A stretch of 64,000 nucleotides of DNA from Mobula hypostoma (Eukaryota), in assembly GCF_963921235.1 (NCBI RefSeq), contig NC_086097.1:23376001-23440000 (forward strand), read 5' to 3'. Shown here in pieces: positions 25,041 to 37,445 of the stretch. The translations under genes were made by a program, and so were the position numbers. The notes under the pieces are model-generated. The model was not told where the DNA came from. It saw only the letters and a program-made list of their open reading frames with translations, and did not search any database. The first letter of the stretch is position 1. Every line of letters starts with the position of its first letter.

Positions 25041-26024
25041 TATAAACTTGGATTTCAGAATCAGGTTTATTGTCTCTGACATACAGTAGTATGTTGTGGA
25101 ATTTGTTGTTTAGCATCCGCCTTGCAGTGCAATACATAAAACATATTATTAATTACTATTTATAAAACCCATGTATAGGCTCTCCAGCTGATTCTGAAAT
25201 GCCAAGAATTGTAAAACTGAGTTTCAGTCAATAATTTAAAAGCAGCAATCTTTTTACAGTGGAAACATGACTTCTTTAAGACCATGTAAATAGAACTCAA
25301 TTTGCTGTATTTAAACTGGTACAAGTGATTTTGCTGACATTGGTACAATAGGTGATCCTTGAGTGGTGAAACTTCCCATTTGAAGTTTATTGGAGGGGAG
25401 AATATAAAGCCCAGTCCAGATGGATGCCTGGGGTAAAGGAATGAAGGATGAGCAAGAGCAACCATTCCAGGAATGAACTGGTATTTCCAGAGGCTTGTTT
25501 TAAGGTGGAGGTTTTTGACTCTTGTGCACATGTGGTGCTTGACTCAAACTATTCCGAGGTTGGACAGAACCTTTCCACGGGGGTCGGTATCGTGAAGCTG
25601 GAGGAGTCGGATCTGAGGGTGACATTTAAGCACCTGAATGGCTTTGCTCCCTCTGTTAATGGTATTGGAATTGGTTTGTTACTGCTATGTGTACTGAAAC
25701 ACAGTGTCTTGCATGCTGTTCATTCAGTTCAGTTCAGTTCAGTTCAGATCAGATCATTATAGTACATTGAGGTAAAACAAGCTGTCCTTGATCCTGGTCA
25801 CATGTCCTTTCAGGCCTTTGTCTTTTCTGCCTGATGGGAGGGTCATTGATAACTCTAGCGGCTCCATTGTGCCTATATTATGTCTGGTAGCCAAGGTTCT
25901 CAGTCAGCAAAGCTGGTAATGTCTGATAAATAGCTCTAATACAAGATGATGAAGACTCAATGCAGGGATTATAGAAATTGAGGAAATAGGGCATAACCCT
26001 GTCTGCTCTATTCTTACAATATAG

Positions 26025-26260
26025 AGGTGGTACAGTAGCGTAATGGTTTATAGTGCCAGTGACCCAAGTTGAATCCCACCGCTGCCTGTAAGGAGGTAAC
26101 ACGCTCTCCCCATGATGGTGTGGGATTCCTCCGGGTGCTCTGGTTTTCTCCCACATTCCAAGGATGTATGGGTGAGTAGGCTAATTAGTCACATGGGTGT
26201 AATTGAACAGCATGGTCTCACTGGGCCGGAAGATCCTGTTACCATAAATAAATAAATAAC
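26025..26260 (+). mobile_element. V-SINE
   Basis: GGTGGTACAGTAGCGTAATGG head, V-domain TGGGATTCCTCCGGGTGCTCTGGTTTTCTCCCACATTCCAA, (AAAT)n tail. Confidence 0.75.
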
Positions 26261-26712
26261 CCATATAGATTAAGAGGATCAAAAACGTTCCAATTGCCAC
26301 CTCCCTCCCACATTGAGTTTACTAGCCCCAGTATTTGAGCCCCTGAAAATAAGCAACCATAACAAGTTGACTGGTAAGAATGCGTGCACACACTAGTCTC
26401 TATAAATTTCATAGCGAATTTCAGCAGGATGATAAATCTGGTAGCTTGTCACTTGGGTAAAGACGGTTAGGGCCCTGCTACACAGAATCATAGAGGTATC
26501 AGTACAGGAACATACTTATGTATAGAGGTATACAACATTATGAGGGGTGTAGATGGGGTTATTGCATGCAGGCTTTTTCCACTGTGATTCGAACTAGAGA
26601 TCATTGGTTAAGGGTGAAAGATGAAATATTTAAGGGGAGCTTCTTCACTCAGGTGGGGAGTGCGAAACAAGCTGCCAGTGGGAGTGGTGGACGCAGGCTG
26701 TTTTCAACATTT

Positions 26713-27142
26713 ACTTTATTACTTTATTGTCGCCAAACAATTGATACTAGAGCATACAATCATCACAGCGATACTTGATTCTATGCTTCGCGCTCCCTGG
26801 AGTACAAATCGATAGCAAATATAATAAAAATTTAAATTATAAATCATAACCATAAATAAAAAATAGAAAAGGGAAAGTAAGAGTGCAAAAAAATACGAGA
26901 GGCAGGTCCGGATATTTAGAGGGTACGGCCCAGATCCGGGTCAGGATACGTTCAACAGTCTTATCACAGTTGGAACGAAGTTGGTCTCAAATCTGGCCAT
27001 ACGAGTCTTCAAGCTCCTGAACCTTCTCCCGGAGGGAAGAGGGACGAAAAATGTGTTGGCTGGGTGGGCCGTGTCCTTGATTATCCTGGCAGCACTGCTC
27101 CGACAGTGTGCGGTGTAAAGTGAGTCCAAGGACGGAAGATTG
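26713..27142 (-). mobile_element. Rex1/Babar 3' fragment nested in a CR1 3' fragment (about 26515-27275)
   Basis: ORF 26941-27162(-) AARIIKDTAHPA..PLPSGRRFRSLK..VIRLLN; (AATAAAGT)n tail; CR1 host on both sides. Confidence 0.8.
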
Positions 27143-28064
27143 CTTTTAGGAGAAATTTGCACAAGTACATGAACAGGAAGGTTGTGAAGGGGTATGATCC
27201 AGATCCGGGTTGGTGGGACGAAGTAGTATAACTAGGTGGGCCAAAGGGCTTGTATCTTTGCTGTAGTGCTCAATGAATATTGTAGCTGTGCTGGTTCTTT
27301 GCAAAGCCCATCTGGATACCAATCCCATGGCCAGATGTTCCTTCCCATTGCACTCTACCTTCCCCATTTAAAGTTTCCCCTGCAGGTCCAGACTGATCTC
27401 CACTTCACATGACCAAGAATTCTCGTCTCCATGCAAAAGCAACCTCATAGTGACAGGGTTCGGGAAGACCAAGTCAAATTCAGTGTAAGGAAGCGGAGGA
27501 GAAGTGGAATGTGGAGGAAGCAAAATGAATGAATGTTTCACGTGCCATCTCCCTAATGGGAACAAGTAGGCAGAGAAATATCAGAATTTGCATGAGGTGG
27601 AATTGTAAAGGTGCTGGAGTCTATCTGCATTCTCTTGTTTAGGGAAGAATGAGGCAATGATTAATGTTTATTGGATCCAGAGCAAAGGAACGTGTTCGGT
27701 AATAATGCCTGTGCTGTGAAGTAAAATCATTTTCTATCATGTTATTCAAGCTTGTAATTAGGTTTTGACGTGCCGGGCTGCAACACATTATTCTTCATTT
27801 AATATTCAAAACCACCCAACATATTAAATGTTGGTATTATTATTATGCAGATTTGAGGTCATTTACTTTAAAAGAAAAAAGTTTACAATTTACATGGAGT
27901 GTGTCTGATTTCTAAGTAAGCCATCTCAGCAATGTACCCTGTGATAGGAGGTCATGGTACTGAAACAAACTCTAAAAATACCTTTAAATACTTATACTAC
28001 ATTGCTGGCAACTGTAGTCATCAGTGGTGTTTGGGCAACTTGCAGGTGACTTGAATTTAATAAT

Positions 28065-28360
28065 TTGGGTGAAGACTAGAACTAGAGATCGTGGATTAAG
28101 GGTGAAAGGCAAAATGTTTAAAGGAGACATGAAAGGGAAATTTTTCACTCAGAGGGTGTTGAGAATGTGGAATGAGCTGCCAGCAAATGTGGTAGGTGTG
28201 GGATAGATTTCAACATTCCAGATAAATTTGGATAGGCACGTGGATGGGAGGTGTATGGAGGGCTATGGTCTGGGTGAAATCAATGTGATTGGCAGAATAA
28301 TAGTTGAGCACGGACTAGATGGGCTGAAGGGCCTGCTTCTGTGCTGTAGAGTTCCATGAC
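28065..28360 (+). mobile_element. CR1 3' fragment
   Basis: ORF 28024 has TRDRGLRVKG..FFTQRVLRMWNELP. Confidence 0.8.
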
Positions 28361-30049
28361 CCTAACTTACAAGCCAAAGTTTCAACTGAGTATGGATTTT
28401 CTTGTGTATTTTCTGCAGGATTTGTAATTACTCCCCCTGTGGCCATATATTATAAATAAATACAATAGTTAACTTCACTTTGTATCTGTGCCTCCAGCAA
28501 CACAAATTTCAAAATGCAATTTGCATGTTGTGTGTTGTAGCCAGTATATATGTATAAATAATACTCACCGTTAGAGTTCTAGAGTTCCATCTCGGCCCTT
28601 CTAGTCTGTGGTGAACTGTTATTATTCCTATACCCACTGGCCATGCCACTTCCGTTATCCAAACTTCTCTTAAGTTGCAATCAAACCTGCATCCACATTG
28701 TTCCACACTCACATCACACTCTGAGTGAAGAAGCTCCCCCTTTAACACATGAACTATCATTCTAGTCTCATCCAACATCAGTGGGGGGTGGGGGAAGCCT
28801 ACTTGCATTTACCCTATCTATATACCTCATAATTTTGTATACCTCTATCATTCTCCTACGCTCTAAGAAATAATACTCTAACCCATTCAACCTTTCCCTA
28901 TAACTCTCCTTAAGTCCTGGCAAGATCCTTGTAAATTTTTTTTTGTAAAGATGGCTTGGTGATCAGTACATATTTAACTCTCAACAGCAAAAATGCTGAT
29001 CCCCTTACCGATTTAAAAAAAAAACATTTCTACCTGTTAATCTCCAATGCAGAACAATAATTCCATCTAAGGAGTTCGAAGAGCCATTTTGTACTCTTAT
29101 ACTCAGTTCAATAATACTTCTCCCTTATTGGGAATGCTTACCTCCACTTGATTTTTCCATATAACGAACCTACATTCCAAGGGGAAAAATTTCCCAACTG
29201 TATTTGATAAACAGACATTAGAATATTTCAGCACTTTACATCTGCTCTAACACTCAGTGTAATCATGTCCTGATCTGTACTTTAATTCCACCTGCTCACA
29301 TTCCTGAATGTCTTAGAAAACCAAATACTTATTAATATCAGATTTGTGATTAATAACTGAACTGGCTTCTTTGTGGGAGAATGTGTAACACATTTAACAT
29401 TTTTTAAAAAATCTCCTTCCTGACCACATCTCTCCATAAAAGTATAACTATCTTGGAGTAGAATCCCACAATCAGGGTAATATAGAACATCACAGTGCAG
29501 GCCTTTTGGTCCACAATATTGTGCCAGCCTTTTAACCTATTTCAAGATCAATCTAACCCAACCCTCCCACGTAAACCTCCATTTTACTTGCAACCATGTT
29601 CCCTATCTAGGAGTTTCTTAAATGACCACAAGTTTATCTGCCTCTGCCACCACGCCTGGCAGGAGGTTCCACATCCCCAAGACTCTTTGTGTAACAAATT
29701 TACATCTGATATTCCCCCTTTATTTTCCTCCAATTACCTTAAAATTAAGCCCCCTTGCATTATCCATTTCTGCCTTGGGGAAAAAAGTTTCTAGCTGTGC
29801 AATCAATCTATGCCTCTTATTAAGTTATACACCTCTATCAATCGCCTCTCAGCCTCCTTCACTCTGAAGGGAAAAGCCCTAGCTCATTTCACCTGTCCTT
29901 ATAAACCATGCCCCCTAGTCCAGGCAGAATCTTGGTTTATCTCCTCTGAACCCCTGCCCGCCCCCCCCCAAGCTTTAGAATCAGAATCATGTTTAATATC
30001 ATCGGTATATGTCATGACATTTGTTGACTTTGCAGCAACAGTACAATGC

Positions 30050-30900
30050 AATAAAGTTCAAAGTAAATTTTATTATCAGAGTACATACATGTCACCACAT
30101 ACAACCCTGAGATTATTTTTCTGCGAGTATGCTTAGCAAATCTATAGAACAGTAACTTTAAACTGTAAACATGAACTGTAAACTATAAATTGTCTAAGTG
30201 CAGATTTAAATAATTAGCAATAAATAATGTGCATGAGTTAACAGTATTTCCTTAATGAACTCAAAGACTCCTTGAATGAGTCCTTAAAGGAGTGTAGCTA
30301 TCCCCTTTTGTTCAAGTGCCTGTTGGTTTAGGGGTAGTAATTGTTCTTGAACCTGGTGGTGCGAGTCCTGAGACGCATATACTTTCTACCTGATGGCAAC
30401 AGTGAGAAAAGAGCATGGCCTGGACGGTGAGGATCTTTGATGATAGATGCTACTTTTCTATGGCAACATTTCATGTAGATGTGCTCAATGGTTGGGAGGA
30501 TTTTACCAGTGATGCACTGAGTCAAATCCATTACTTTTTGTAGGAGATTCTGCTCAAAGGCATTTGATGTTCCAGGCTATAATGAAGCCAGTCAGCACAG
30601 TTTGCACCATAGATCTGTCGAAGTTTGCCAAGGTGTTTGATGACATTCCGAACCTCCGCAGATGCCTGAGGAAGCAGAGGCACTGTAATGCTTTCTTTGC
30701 AATAATACTTGTGTGATGGGTCCAGAGTAGGTCCTCTGAGATGGTGACACCCAAGAATTTAAAGTTACTGACCTCTCCACCTCTGATCATCCAATGATTA
30801 CTGGCTTATGAATCTCTGGTCTCCCTCTCCTGAAGTCTGCGGTCAGTGCCTTGGTATTACTGACATTGAGTGAGAGGTTGTTATGATTACACTACTCAGT
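30050..30900 (-). mobile_element. Rex1/Babar LINE 3' portion, degraded
   Basis: ORFs 30554-30790(-) SNFKFLGVTISEDL.W and 30328-30531(-) IIKDPHRPGHALFSLLPSGRKY. Confidence 0.8.
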
Positions 30901-31539
30901 CATTTTAAGTACATAATAATAAAGGAAAGCTATGAAATAGATTAATTATATAAAATAGTTAAATTAAATAAGCAGTGCAAAAATAGAAATGAAAAAGTAG
31001 TGAGTTCATGGGTTCAATGCCCATTCAGAAATCAGAATGCAGATGGGAAGAAGCTGTTTCTGAATCGTTATGTGGGCCTTTAGGCTCCTGTATCTCCTCC
31101 TCGATGGTAGCAATGAGAATAAGGTATGACTTGGGTGATGGGGGTCCTCAATGATGGTCTCCGCCTTTTTGAAACCTGGCTCCTTCTACATTTTGCCTGC
31201 AATGAGATGACCAGAACTGAGCACAGTATTCTAAGTGTGGCTTAATCAGTGCTTCATAGAGCTCCAACATTACCTCATGGCTGAAAACTTTGAGTTAAGT
31301 TAACGCTGCTCCAAAATGCAATCTATTCTCTCCTGACAGTGCCCTCCATTCTGCAAACTACTAGAAGCTTTGTTATTTCAAGGCATAATGTATAATTCAA
31401 AGAACACTATAAAATGTTTCCCCTAAAACTCAATATTCTGAAAATATTTTGAAAAACATTAACTGTTGGCAGAATTTAATCATTTTTTATTGATTTTAAT
31501 ATCAATATTTTAGTGAGTTATTCTGATTTTTACTCATTT

Positions 31540-31860
31540 GATTTTTCCAGGGCTGCATGAAATTAGCTGCCTGAGAATAAATGGTTCAGCAGTAGCATTG
31601 TGCCATTTTATTTATCGAATATCTAATGTAAATGTGCATAAATCCATCACTTTAACCTCCTTTAAATAATTCTGCTCATATAAAAGTTACTTCATATTTA
31701 TAAGATTAAAAATGAAAATTGCAGGCACAGGCTTCCTCAGGCTTGACTGATGGTCGATCTTAATGAGTTCCTGTTATTAATTTCTCCTCGGCGATCTGCT
31801 TGAGTGCAGGGGAAAATGAACATTCATTGATTATTGATTTTTTAGAAGCCACGTTATGTC
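31540..31860. promoter_or_regulatory. Candidate conserved non-coding element or enhancer
   Basis: No repeat recognised. AT-rich with homeodomain-type motifs, including ATCCATCA at 31642-31649 (TGATGGAT, Pbx-Hox consensus, on minus) overlapping CATAAA. Conservation not tested. Confidence 0.35.
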
Positions 31861-32729
31861 GTTACCTGTGTTTGTTATGTAGGAAGCTGGGATTGCGGTC
31901 TTGGAAGGGTTGACTTACTTTTGATGGGTAAGATTTAATCTCATAATTGTCTCATCCAGCACAGTGTTGCATGTTTCCTTGAGGAACATATCCAACACCA
32001 GACTTTCAAATGCCAAAGATAAAATAAATTTGAGTTCATCCTGATACATAAGACCATAAGACACAGGAGCAGTATTAAGCCATTTGGCCCACTGAATTTG
32101 CTCTGCCATCCATCATGACTGATTTACTGTCCCTCTCATCTCCATTCTCTTGCATTCTCCTGATAATAGTTTGCATCCTTACCGTTCATGAACCTATCAA
32201 CCTCTACTTTAAGTATACCCACAGGCATCTGTGACAATGGATTCCATAGATTCACTACTCTCTGGCTAAGAAATTTTGCAACTCTGTTCCAATGGGACAT
32301 CCTCCACTATAGGAAACATCCTGTCCACGTCCACTCAATTGTGTTTCATACTTTAAATCTTATTTATATATAAGGTGTCACTGAGGGGTGCTGAGGAGGA
32401 TCTCAACTGTGAAAGTATGATTTATGTTTTAGGAACAGCTTCTTAAAGATTTAAGTTTAGCTTTATTTGTCATGTGTATGTTGAAACTTACAGTGCAATG
32501 TGTCATTTACATCAAATCCAATCAGTGAGGATGTTCTGGGCAGCCCACAAGTGTTGCCACACTTCTGGCACCAACATAGCATGCCCACAATGCACTATCT
32601 CTAACCGTCTGTCTTTGGAATGTGGGAGGAAACCAGAGCATCCGGAGGAAACACACACACTCACAGAGAGAATGCACAAACTCGATACAGGCGGCCACAG
32701 GAATTGAATGCTGTTCAATGTCTTAGTCA

Positions 32730-33759
32730 CAGTAGGTGATTCGGTGACAGAAGTTCATGGAATAAATCATTTTCAATCATTTATGGACAAATTGTGCTCT
32801 GTTTACAGTAAATCACCTCTAAATCAAAAGGAACTGTCTGAATGTGCCTCTCAACTAGAACAACAAATTTGCAAAATAGGCCATGTTCTGGGCACCAGGT
32901 GGGTAGCTAGCTCGTTTCAAACAGTTTCAGCAGTGTGGCAAAATGATGAAGCACTGGGTTTTCATTTTGAAAAAGCAACGAAGGATGAAACAAGATCTGG
33001 AGTGACAGAAAAATCTATGAAGGTCTGTTGAAGAGAATCTCTTCAGAACAGTTTCCATTGGACTTGGCTCTAATGTATGACACGTTGCATGAACTTGGTT
33101 TACTGTCAGAATGTTTACAGAAACACACTACTACGATTGTTTATGCAGACAAACTGATCCAATGGAGCATAAGGTCACTGCATGGACTGAAAGAGCAACC
33201 TGGTACAAAAACTCTAGAAGCTCAAGAGGCAGCTGAAAAGGGGAAGTTTGGAGAAATTACCTTAACAAGCAAAACAAAATTGTTTCCATTAATTATCTAC
33301 AGTTTCTTACTAGTCTTATAAACAATTTGCAGCACCGTATGTTCACAGCAACATCCTTGAAAGGTTCTCAAACTTTTAAACCTCAAGGTATGTATAAATC
33401 CCTGCTAAATGAAATGTGTGTCCTTGATAATGATAACCGGCCTGCTGAAATACCACCTAATTATGGAGAAGCTGCAATATCATCTCTCTGTAAGAGGTTT
33501 AAGCTTTCTTCTTCCTCTGTAATAAATGCCTTCAGAGATTATGTGGAGGATTCTGGATGCGGCATCCCCCAAGATTTACGCCCATTACTGAGCTGTTCAC
33601 AAGTTATTCCTATTAGTACTGCTGAGTGTGAGAGAGGATTCAGTCACATGAACTTGATAATAACAACAGGCTCAAGGATTCGCCTAGATCATGTATTATT
33701 GCTTATGTTTGTTAAACTACACGGACCTTCTCTAGTTCAATGGAATGCTGAGCCATATG
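32730..33759 (+). pseudogene. Frameshifted hAT transposase fragment resembling KIAA1586/ZNF862-type proteins
   Basis: Three consecutive ORFs: VGDSVTEV..FMDKL..YSKSPLNQKEL..KIGHVLGTRWVASS; DLALMYDTLHELGLLSE.LQ; VIPISTAECERGFSHMNLI..LMFVKLHGP (hATC-like). No TIRs seen. Confidence 0.8.
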
Positions 33760-33955
33760 AGAGTGGTTGGTGCATGGAATGCACTACCTGAGTCAGTGGT
33801 GGAGGCAGATACACTAGTGAAATTTAAGAGACTACTAAACAGTTATATGGAGGAATTTAAGGTGGGGGGGGTATATGGGAGGCAGGGTTTAAAGGTCGGC
33901 ACAACTTTGTGGGCCGAGCGGCCTGTACTGTGCTGTACTGTTCTATGTTCTAAAA
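33760..33955 (+). mobile_element. CR1 3' end fused to the hAT fragment
   Basis: RVVGAWNALPESVVEADTLVKFKRLL, then the 3' UTR and TTCTATGTTCTA tail. Confidence 0.85.
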
Positions 33956-35371
33956 TGTTCATTGAAAGCTGCCACCGTGAAGTGGAGCGCTAAGCACAAT
34001 GCTATTGGGCCTTCTCCTCTGCATCAGATGTTTGAATGCTTCATGACCCCTTCAACATAACTAATTGTTCATCTTTTGAACTTTTCATTCACTTTTGTAA
34101 TTTATAGTAATTTTTTATGTCTTAAACTGCCGTGCTGCCAGAAAACAACAAATTTCATGGTGCTAATAAAACTAGATTTTGATCTGAGACTGTACTTGAA
34201 CAATCAATTCCTTGGCCATCATGAGACTGAGCGTGCTATATTTGCAATATTTAGTTCCTACTGTACTTTGAGGGCAGGGGTTGGTGGTGAGGGAATTAGT
34301 TTTAAGTCATTGTGAACATTTATTGCCTTTTTTACCTTCTAAAATCCATGTTAATTACCTATAGATAACTCCCTGTGCCATATAGGATATAGAAATTGTG
34401 CATTATTGCTAAGGTTCTATTGTGTCTCAAATTTTTGAATATTCACTTTGGTATCAAAAGTAGAGGTAGCATCTCCTAACATTTCGCCCCAGTTTTATCC
34501 AAGGTTTTGCTGTCAGTGTTGAAGCCATGGTACTTGCTTCTGAACATGAGGAAAGTTGCCCAAGATGATGTAACAATCTCTACAGACCTGCCTTTTGTAA
34601 AACACATAAAATTCTGCAGGAACTCAGCCGGTCAGGCAGCGTCTATGGAGGGGAATAAACGGTCAACTTTTTGGGCTGAGGCCCTTCAGTGTGTCTGGAA
34701 GGAAAAGGGGCAGAAGCTAGTAAAAGAAGGGGGGAGGAGTGGAAGGAGTACAAGCTGGCACGTGATAGGTGAAACTTACATCCTTCACGTATGTGAGGAG
34801 TAAAAAATCTTTACGTTACGTCTCCATCTGAATGTGCAAATCATAGTGATTTGTAATAAAAAGTATGTACAAGATATAGAACAGAGCAGTCAATCTAGCT
34901 TAGAGACACAATTGTATCAGTATAAATTATTAAGTCCTATGGCCTGGTGGAAGAAGCTGTCCTGGAGCCTGGTAGAATTTCTCCCTTAAATTACATGTGT
35001 GCAAAGATTATGATTGCTATCTTTACTTATAGTACATAGTCTGTAAATATTAGTATTTCATCATATTCCACACACACATTCACTCACTCACAGCAGGTCA
35101 GGCGGCATCTATGGAAGAGAGTAAGAATCAACATTTTGGGCTGACACCCTTCATTGGAATGTAACTGTAGGCTTGCAATGTCAGCAATGTTACTTATTTT
35201 TATTGATCATAGAGTTTATATTGTTATAGTCGACTAGTTCACTGGACGTGCCAGTACTCTAACGTTAATTTTTACTACATAGCAACAGTGAAGTTGGAAG
35301 ATATTTTCTAACCCAAGATGTGAGCATACTCTGAAATAAATATATTGGTAGGAAGAATAAGTAAATCCATT

Positions 35372-36277
35372 AGAACTACACAGTGGTGGGGCTCATCAGC
35401 AAAAATGATGAAACAATGTACAAGGAGGAGGTCAAACACCTAGAGAGCTGGTGCAGGGATAACAACTTGATGCTTAATGTCACCAAAACCAAGGAGGTGA
35501 TCGTGGATTTCAGACGGTCTCAGCCTGAGCACACGCCCCTCAGCATCAGCGGCTCCACAGTGGAGAGAGTGGAAAACATCAAGTTCCTTGGGGTGCAGAT
35601 CTCGGACAATCTCACCTGGTCCAGGAACACCACTGGGATTGTGAAACGGGCCCAGCAGAGATTGCACTTTCTGAGGAAACTTAAACAAGCATTATTCCCC
35701 ACTAACATCTTAACTACATTCTACAGAGGCGTGGTTGAGAGTGTGCTGACCTTTTGCAACACAACCTGGTACTCCAGCTGCAGTGCTGTCGACAAAAAAG
35801 CCTTGCAGAGGGTGGTTAGGGGAGCAGAGAAGGTTATTGGGGTCTCCCTACCTTCTGTCCAAGACCTCTTTCAGAGTCGATGCCTCCAGAAGACACAGTA
35901 CATCATTAAAGACCCCTCACACCCTCTCCATGAACTGTTTGTTCTTCTGCCATCAGGCAAACATTACAGAAGCATCAAAACTAAAACCACAAGGCTACTA
36001 AACAGCTTCCTCCCACAGGCAGTCAGACTGCTAAATAGCTGCTCTACCTGACTCTGCTTTGGACACTTTTAACTTGCACTGGACACTTATAACTTGATTT
36101 TAACTGAAATGTGGCTGTTGTGTTTTACTATTTATTGTTATGTTTATTATTTAGTGTTGTGTTTGTTATGTTACGATTGCACTGCTCCTGAGATACGCTG
36201 TCTCATTCTACCCTGCAGAGCTGATGTATGGTTAGAATGACAATAACGTTTTTTGAATCTCTTTGAATCTCTTGACT
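35372..36277 (+). mobile_element. Young 5'-truncated Rex1/Babar LINE with 8-bp TSD AATCCATT
   Basis: TSD at 35364-35371 and 36278-36285; (TTGAATCTC)n tail; open RT C-terminus. Confidence 0.85.
35383..36051 (+). CDS. Rex1/Babar RT C-terminal 222 aa (truncated)
   Basis: WCRDNNLMLNVTKTKEVIVDFRR, IKFLGVQISDNLTW, IIKDPSHPLHELFVLLPSG, NSFLPQAVRLLN. Confidence 0.88.
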   Translation: MVGLISKNDETMYKEEVKHLESWCRDNNLMLNVTKTKEVIVDFRRSQPEHTPLSISGSTVERVENIKFLGVQISDNLTWSRNTTGIVKRAQQRLHFLRKLKQALFPTNILTTFYRGVVESVLTFCNTTWYSSCSAVDKKALQRVVRGAEKVIGVSLPSVQDLFQSRCLQKTQYIIKDPSHPLHELFVLLPSGKHYRSIKTKTTRLLNSFLPQAVRLLNSCST

Positions 36278-36924
36278 AATCCATTTTGAATGGGTGTCTT
36301 CAACATACAGATGGGACTGTTAAATATATAAAGTTTAGGGAATGGCAAAACAAGTTGAAATGGCTGTTTATCGGGAAGGAGTGGAAAATTGTTCACTTTA
36401 TAAAGGGAGAGATAGAGTGCCTATGCAAAGAAGTTGCACTGAATTTTGTGAATCACCACTTTAGTTTGAGTTGAGGTATGATGGACAAGTTTAGACCCTG
36501 CAGTCTAGGGAACTAGACATGGCATCATAGGAGAGTGTAAAGGCGATTTACCGGAACAGAACATTGACCTAGAGCTTCAATTTGATGGTGAGACCAGCAG
36601 AGCTAGATTTACTTTTCCTTTCAAGAATTCTACAACTCATATTCTCTGTATTATTTACATAACATTTTTTTCACATTGGTTGTTTATCAGTCTTTTTGTG
36701 TAGGTTTTCATTTATTCTATTTTATTCTACTGTGAATAGCTGTAAGGAAATGAATCCCAGGGTAGTATATGGTGACAGATACATTGAAAATAAATTTACT
36801 TTGAACTAAGAGCTTAGAAAAAAAAAGACATAAAAGAGTTGCTGAAAGCTTTTGATAGAGTGAATGAGAAGAAAGTGTTTGCAAAGATGAAAGTTGGACT
36901 ATATAAAGGCATGGATGCAAAGTA

Positions 36925-37125
36925 ATAAACACAGGAGATTCTGCAGTTGCTGGAAATCTAGTGTAACGCATACAAAAAGCTGCAGGAATTCAGCAAGTTG
37001 GGTAACATCTATGGAGAGGCATTTCACAATGTCCTGATGAATGGTCTTAGGCTGAAATATCAGCTTTTTATTCCTCTCCTCAGATTCTGCAAGACTTGCT
37101 GAGTTCCTCCAGCATTTTGTACGTG
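36925..37125. repeat. Palindromic Penelope-like terminal repeat pair with hammerhead core
   Basis: GCTGCAGGAATTCAGCAAG is mirrored by CTTGCTGAGTTCCTCCAGC. CTGATGA at 37034-37040 and GAAA at 37054-37057. Confidence 0.6.
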
Positions 37126-37167
37126 GATGGAAAGTAATTGTCCATTGATTCAGAAGCTAGAAAAGAA

Positions 37168-37445
37168 ATGGCATAGTGGTTAGTACAATGCTTTACAATA
37201 CCAGTGACCAGGGTTCAATTCCTGCCCTGATCTCTAAGGGTTTGCATGTTCTCACCGTGATCACTTGGGTTTTCTCTGGGTGCTCCCTTTTCTTCCCACA
37301 GTCCAAAGATGTACCAGTTGGTAGGCTAATTGGTCATTAAATTGCCCTGTGATTAGGCTAGGATTAAATAGGGGGTTGCTGGGCAGTGTGGGTCGATGGG
37401 CCGGAAGGTCTGTTGTGCACTGTATCTCAGTAAATAAGTAAATTT
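37168..37445 (+). mobile_element. V-SINE with CR1-like tail
   Basis: TAGTGGTTAG A-box, GGGTTCAATTCC B-box, V-domain, tail GGGCCGGAAGG..TGTATCTC. Confidence 0.8.

Larger units (their letters stand above)
32445..34012 (-). mobile_element. V-SINE split in its tRNA head by the 32721-33955 insertion
   Basis: V-domain TTTGGAATGTGGGAGGAAACCAGAGCATCCGGAGGAAAC at about 32614-32652. Reverse B-box GGAATTGAA at about 32700. The rest of the head (GCTGCCACCGTGAAG..GCGCTAAGCACAATGCTA) resumes at about 33968. Confidence 0.65.

Noticed and set aside
25448..25762. 104-aa ORF
   Set aside because: Contains a decayed CR1-like LR...FKHLNG stretch and runs into a LINE tail with (CAGTT)n; probably an old repeat.
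28431..28444. CTCF-like site CTCCCCCTGTGGCC
   Set aside because: One base short of the core spacing; insufficient support.
32708..33791. A functional host KIAA1586 or ZNF862 gene
   Set aside because: Split across frames by frameshifts and stops, truncated at both ends and embedded in a SINE; treated as a pseudogenic fragment.
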